Assembly: GCF_006345805.1 (NCBI RefSeq)
Contig: NW_021825913.1
Location: 1 to 14,079 of the forward strand
Direction of reading: 5' to 3'
Source of the DNA: Octopus sinensis
Lineage: Eukaryota
Length of the DNA: 14,079 nt
A program made the position numbers and the translations under genes. Of the stretch, positions 11,654 to 14,079 are shown one piece after another. The notes below the pieces were generated by a model. It was not told the DNA's origin and ran no database searches. It saw nothing but the letters and a program-made list of their open reading frames with translations. Numbering within the stretch: the stretch's first letter is position 1; every line of letters begins with the position of its first letter.

Positions 11654-11716
<63 letters not shown>
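11490..11716. repeat. Compound (TA)/(GA)/(GACA)/(GATA) microsatellite
   Basis: Visible directly. It lies between the SINE core and the mariner left end. Confidence 0.95.
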
Positions 11717-11717
<1 letters not shown>

Positions 11718-11718
11718 G

Positions 11719-12802
11719 CGAGATCTGACCAATAAGTATCCGGACAGTTGCCATAGTAACGAAGTTAAAGCACGCAGTTTTAAGCCGCTTGGCACAAATT
11801 GACTTTGGGCTCTACGGTGCACGTGCATTAAGTTTTAACGTTCTAGCTCGCTTCCGCTATTTACAGCAACACAGTGGAAGCAACACTGTGCTTGTGTAGT
11901 GTGTGATCGTCGCATTAACCATGACAGAGAAAGTTGTCATGGTGATTCCTACTCAGAGGGCAACGCAAAGTTGCAGAAAGTGTATGGAGAAGAGTGTATG
12001 AGCCGCACACAAGTCGACGAGTGGCTTAGACGTTTCTAGGATGGCCGAAAAAAATGTCGATATTGACGAACGTCCCGGGAGGACCGCAACCAGCTGAACT
12101 GAAAGAAACATCGCGGATGTGCGTGCAGCTGCGAGGGGAAATCGTTGAGTCACCATCTATGAGTTATCAGAGGATGTGCAGATTAATTACGGTTCAGTCC
12201 ATTATCACTGAAGATTTGGGTATGAGAGGCGTGTCTGGCAAGTTTGTGGCCAAACTGCTTTCAGCTGACCAAAAAGACACACGGGCATCAGTTGCACAAG
12301 ACCTCCTTGATTGTGTCTAGAACGATGGAATCTTTCTGAAAACTTTGCGTAGGATTGTGAACCGATATCGCTAAGCATTTGGCAAAATTTGATGCAGATT
12401 CTCTGCTCAACTTTCTCTGTCATTGTCAAATGCGACGATCACGCGCTACTCACGTTCCTTCCAAGCATTGCTGTAAAGAGAGGAAGTGAGCTAGAAGTCA
12501 AAACTTAATGCCCATGCACGCACACATATACACACACGCACACATACGCACACACATAAATACACACAAACATACACACACAATAATATTAATGTACGTG
12601 GTCTGATCAATAAGTATCCGGACTGTTACCATAGTAACGAAGCTAAAGTGCTAAGAATAAAACCGCTTGGCAAAGATTGACCTTGAACTCTGCCGTACAT
12701 GCGCATTAAGTTTTAAGGTCAATCTTTACCAAGTGGTTTTATTCTACGTGCTTTAGCTTCGTTACTATGGTAACAGTCCGGATATTTATTGATCAGACTA
12801 CG
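11719..12802 (+). mobile_element. Non-autonomous Tc1/mariner element with a fold-back (long inverted arm) structure, interrupted by an inverted insertion at 12521-12714
   Basis: The left TIR is CGAGATCTGACCAATAAGTATCCGGACAGTTGCCATAGTAACGAAG (11719 onward). The right TIR is ...CTTCGTTACTATGGTAACAGTCCGGATATTTATTGATCAGACTACG (to 12802). A TA target site sits at 12803-12804, and the left one reads TG at 11717-11718. A transposase relic lies inside. Confidence 0.93.
11921..12347 (+). pseudogene. Mariner transposase N-terminal DNA-binding region, with stops, frameshifts and no catalytic domain
   Basis: Reads MTEKV[deletion]GDSYSEGNAKLQKVYGEECMSRTQVDEWLRRF*DGRK/NVDIDERPGRTATS*TERNIADVRAAARGNR*VTIYELSEDVQINYGS/VQSIITEDLGMRGVSGKFVAKLLSADQKDTRASVAQDLLDCV*NDGIFLKTL. 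This shows the mariner HTH pair and a WVP-like linker (KFVAKLL). It stops just before the expected TGDE motif. Confidence 0.93.
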
Positions 12803-12872
12803 TACATTAATATTATTGTGTGTGTATGTTTGTGTATATTTGTGTGTTTGTGTGTGTGCGTGTGTGTGTGTG
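12521..12872. repeat. Near-perfect palindrome: microsatellite flank + TA + TIR, 30-nt loop, TIR + TA + microsatellite flank
   Basis: 12561-12684 pairs with 12715-12838 (for example 12597 with 12802 and 12581 with 12818). There are about 8 mismatches in the TIR part. Looser pairing continues in the CA/TG flanks. Confidence 0.95.
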
Positions 12873-12875
12873 TTT

Positions 12876-13013
12876 GCCCCTTGCTACGCTTGACAACCGG
12901 TGTTGGTGTAAGACCCTGTAACTTAGCGGTTCGCAAAAACCAAGAGCAATATAACAAGAAGTACAGCGCTTAAAAATATGTCGATGGCCACAGTTTGATA
13001 ACTGAAACAAAAG
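12876..13013 (+). mobile_element. Probable 3' part of the family-2 SINE, with deletions
   Basis: CGCTTGACAACCGGTGTTGGTG...CCCTGTAACTTAGCGGTTCG.AAAA...ATGGCCACAGT...ACTGAAACAAAAGA resembles, from memory, the tail that follows the internal microsatellite in this octopus SINE. Not database-verified. Confidence 0.55.
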
Positions 13014-13027
13014 ATATATATCTACGT

Positions 13028-13140
13028 ATACCTGCGTGTATGTTTGTTTGTGTGTGTGTGTGTGTGTGCGTGCATACGTGTGCGTGTGTGTCTATGAGTG
13101 TTTGTATGTTTCTTTGTGCGTATAAACAATATGTGTGTAT
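13028..13140. repeat. Interrupted (TG)n microsatellite
   Basis: Visible directly in the sequence. Confidence 0.9.
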
Positions 13141-13232
13141 ATCATTATAAAATTATATTGATGTAATGGTATCGATTTGATATAGAAAGCTTTTGATATA
13201 CAATCCGCTAAACACAGTGATTATTTTATACC

Positions 13233-13395
13233 GGTACACGTGTGGCTGTGTGGTAAGAAGCTTGCTGCACAATCACATGGTTCCGGGTTCATTCCTACTG
13301 CGTGGGACATTGGACAAGTGTCTTCTACTATAGCATTGGGCCGACTAAAGCCTTGTGAGCGGATTTGGTGGACGGAAACTGAAAGAAGCCCGTCG
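13233..13395 (+). mobile_element. tRNA-derived SINE, family 2 head and core (best-preserved copy), followed by a TA/TG tract to ~13439
   Basis: A-box-like TGGCTGTGTGG (13243-13253) and B-box-like GGTTCATTCC (13286-13295). The core ends GGACGGAAACTGAAAGAAGCCCGTCG. Confidence 0.9.
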
Positions 13396-13439
13396 TGTGT
13401 ATGTATGCATGTATATATATATATATGTACATGCATATA

Positions 13440-13744
13440 TTGACCTTGAACTCTGCCGTGCATGCGCATTAAGTTTTGACTTCTAGCTCACTTCCTCTCT
13501 TTACAGCAATGCTTGGAAGGAACGTGAGTAGCGCGTGATCGTCGCATTTGACAATGACAGAGAAAGTTGAGCAGAGAATCTGCATCAAATTTTGCCAAAA
13601 GCTTGGCGATATCGGTTCACAAGCCTACGCAAAGTTTTCAGAAAGATTCCATCGTTCTAGACACAATCAATGAGGTCTTGTGCAACTGATACATGTGTGT
13701 CTTTTTGGTCAGCTGAAAGCAGTTTTGACACAAACTGGTAGACA
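13440..13744 (-). mobile_element. Inverted duplicate of part of the mariner element, including its fold-back junction
   Basis: 13457-13744 is the reverse complement of 12232-12520, with about 13 differences by hand count (~95% identical). On the plus strand it reads MTEKVEQRICIKFCQKLGD from 13554. Confidence 0.95.
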
Positions 13745-13790
13745 AATCGAACAAATCGACCCAAGGACTTCTTCGTAAGCCCAGTACTTA
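13745..13790 (-). mobile_element. Possible short reversed fragment of the family-2 SINE tail
   Basis: The reverse complement TAAGTACTGGGCTTACGAAGAAGTCCTTGGGTCGATTTGTTCGATT resembles the recalled SINE tail. Not database-verified. Confidence 0.4.
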
Positions 13791-13793
13791 AGC

Positions 13794-13851
13794 ATAACGA
13801 CACATCACTCTCGTAAATCACATGTATAACGACATATCACTCTCGTAAATC
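13794..13851. repeat. 32-bp tandem duplication
   Basis: ATAACGACACATCACTCTCGTAAATCACATGT is followed by ATAACGACATATCACTCTCGTAAATC, with 1 mismatch over the shared 26 bp. Confidence 0.9.
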
Positions 13852-13880
13852 CTATACATGTGAGTGTGCAGTCGAATCTC

Positions 13881-13950
13881 AGTGTGTGTGTGAGAGAAAG
13901 AGAGAGAGAAAGAGAGAGTGTGTGTGTGTGTGTGTGTGTGTTTGTGTATG
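13881..13950. repeat. (TG)/(GA) microsatellite
   Basis: Visible directly in the sequence. Confidence 0.9.
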
Positions 13951-13992
13951 CAGACAAGAGGAAAAGAAATAGAAGACAAGACTATTACTCTT

Positions 13993-14079
13993 AGCCCTGA
14001 TCAGCTGATCTTCCTATGCAGCGTCTGCGGTCGTGTCTGTTCGTCCTGAACCGGACTCGTCAGGGATCACCAAACCCGC
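13993..14079 (+). mobile_element. Possible C-terminal zinc-finger relic of an RTE-type LINE, running off the window
   Basis: Translates SPDQLIFLCSVCGRVCSS*TGLVRDHQTR. The TGA at 14047 could be a decayed CGA. It resembles the CxxCGRxCxSRIGLxSH terminal finger of RTE ORF2. Confidence 0.4.

Noticed and set aside
12205-12429. 74-aa minus-strand ORF MTMTEKVEQRICIKFC...
   Set aside because: It is the inverted 5' arm of the mariner reading across the fold-back junction into antisense transposase sequence, not an independent gene.
11719-12802. Active or domesticated transposase (SETMAR-like)
   Set aside because: It has multiple stops and frameshifts, a 5' deletion, no DD34D domain and no SET domain.
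12595-12804. Independent 206-bp MITE with TA duplications
   Set aside because: The flanks outside the TA sites are also inverted copies of each other, which transposition would not produce.
13233-13310. tRNA gene
   Set aside because: It has A- and B-box-like motifs, but I could not fold a cloverleaf, and it continues into a SINE core shared with two other copies.

Overview
Non-genic, eukaryotic, repeat-saturated DNA, most likely an intron or intergenic region of an octopus or other coleoid cephalopod. That assignment is inferred from the tRNA-derived SINE families and the microsatellite density and was not checked against a database. I can support no intact protein-coding gene: almost all long ORFs in the track are microsatellite read-throughs, and simple or low-complexity repeats cover roughly 45% of the window by hand estimate. 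The remainder holds a diverged ~75-bp minisatellite (517-1014), several copies of two tRNA-derived SINE families (including a head-to-tail trio at 9236-9817), decayed RTE-like LINE fragments, and a complex mariner locus at 11719-13744. The mariner is non-autonomous. It keeps the DNA-binding half of the transposase, then folds back into an inverted copy of its own 5' end just before the catalytic domain. It also carries a near-perfect palindrome that includes host flanking DNA, a ~290-bp inverted duplication 1 kb downstream, and tiny new hairpins. Together these suggest a template-switching hotspot, which is the most interesting part of the window.
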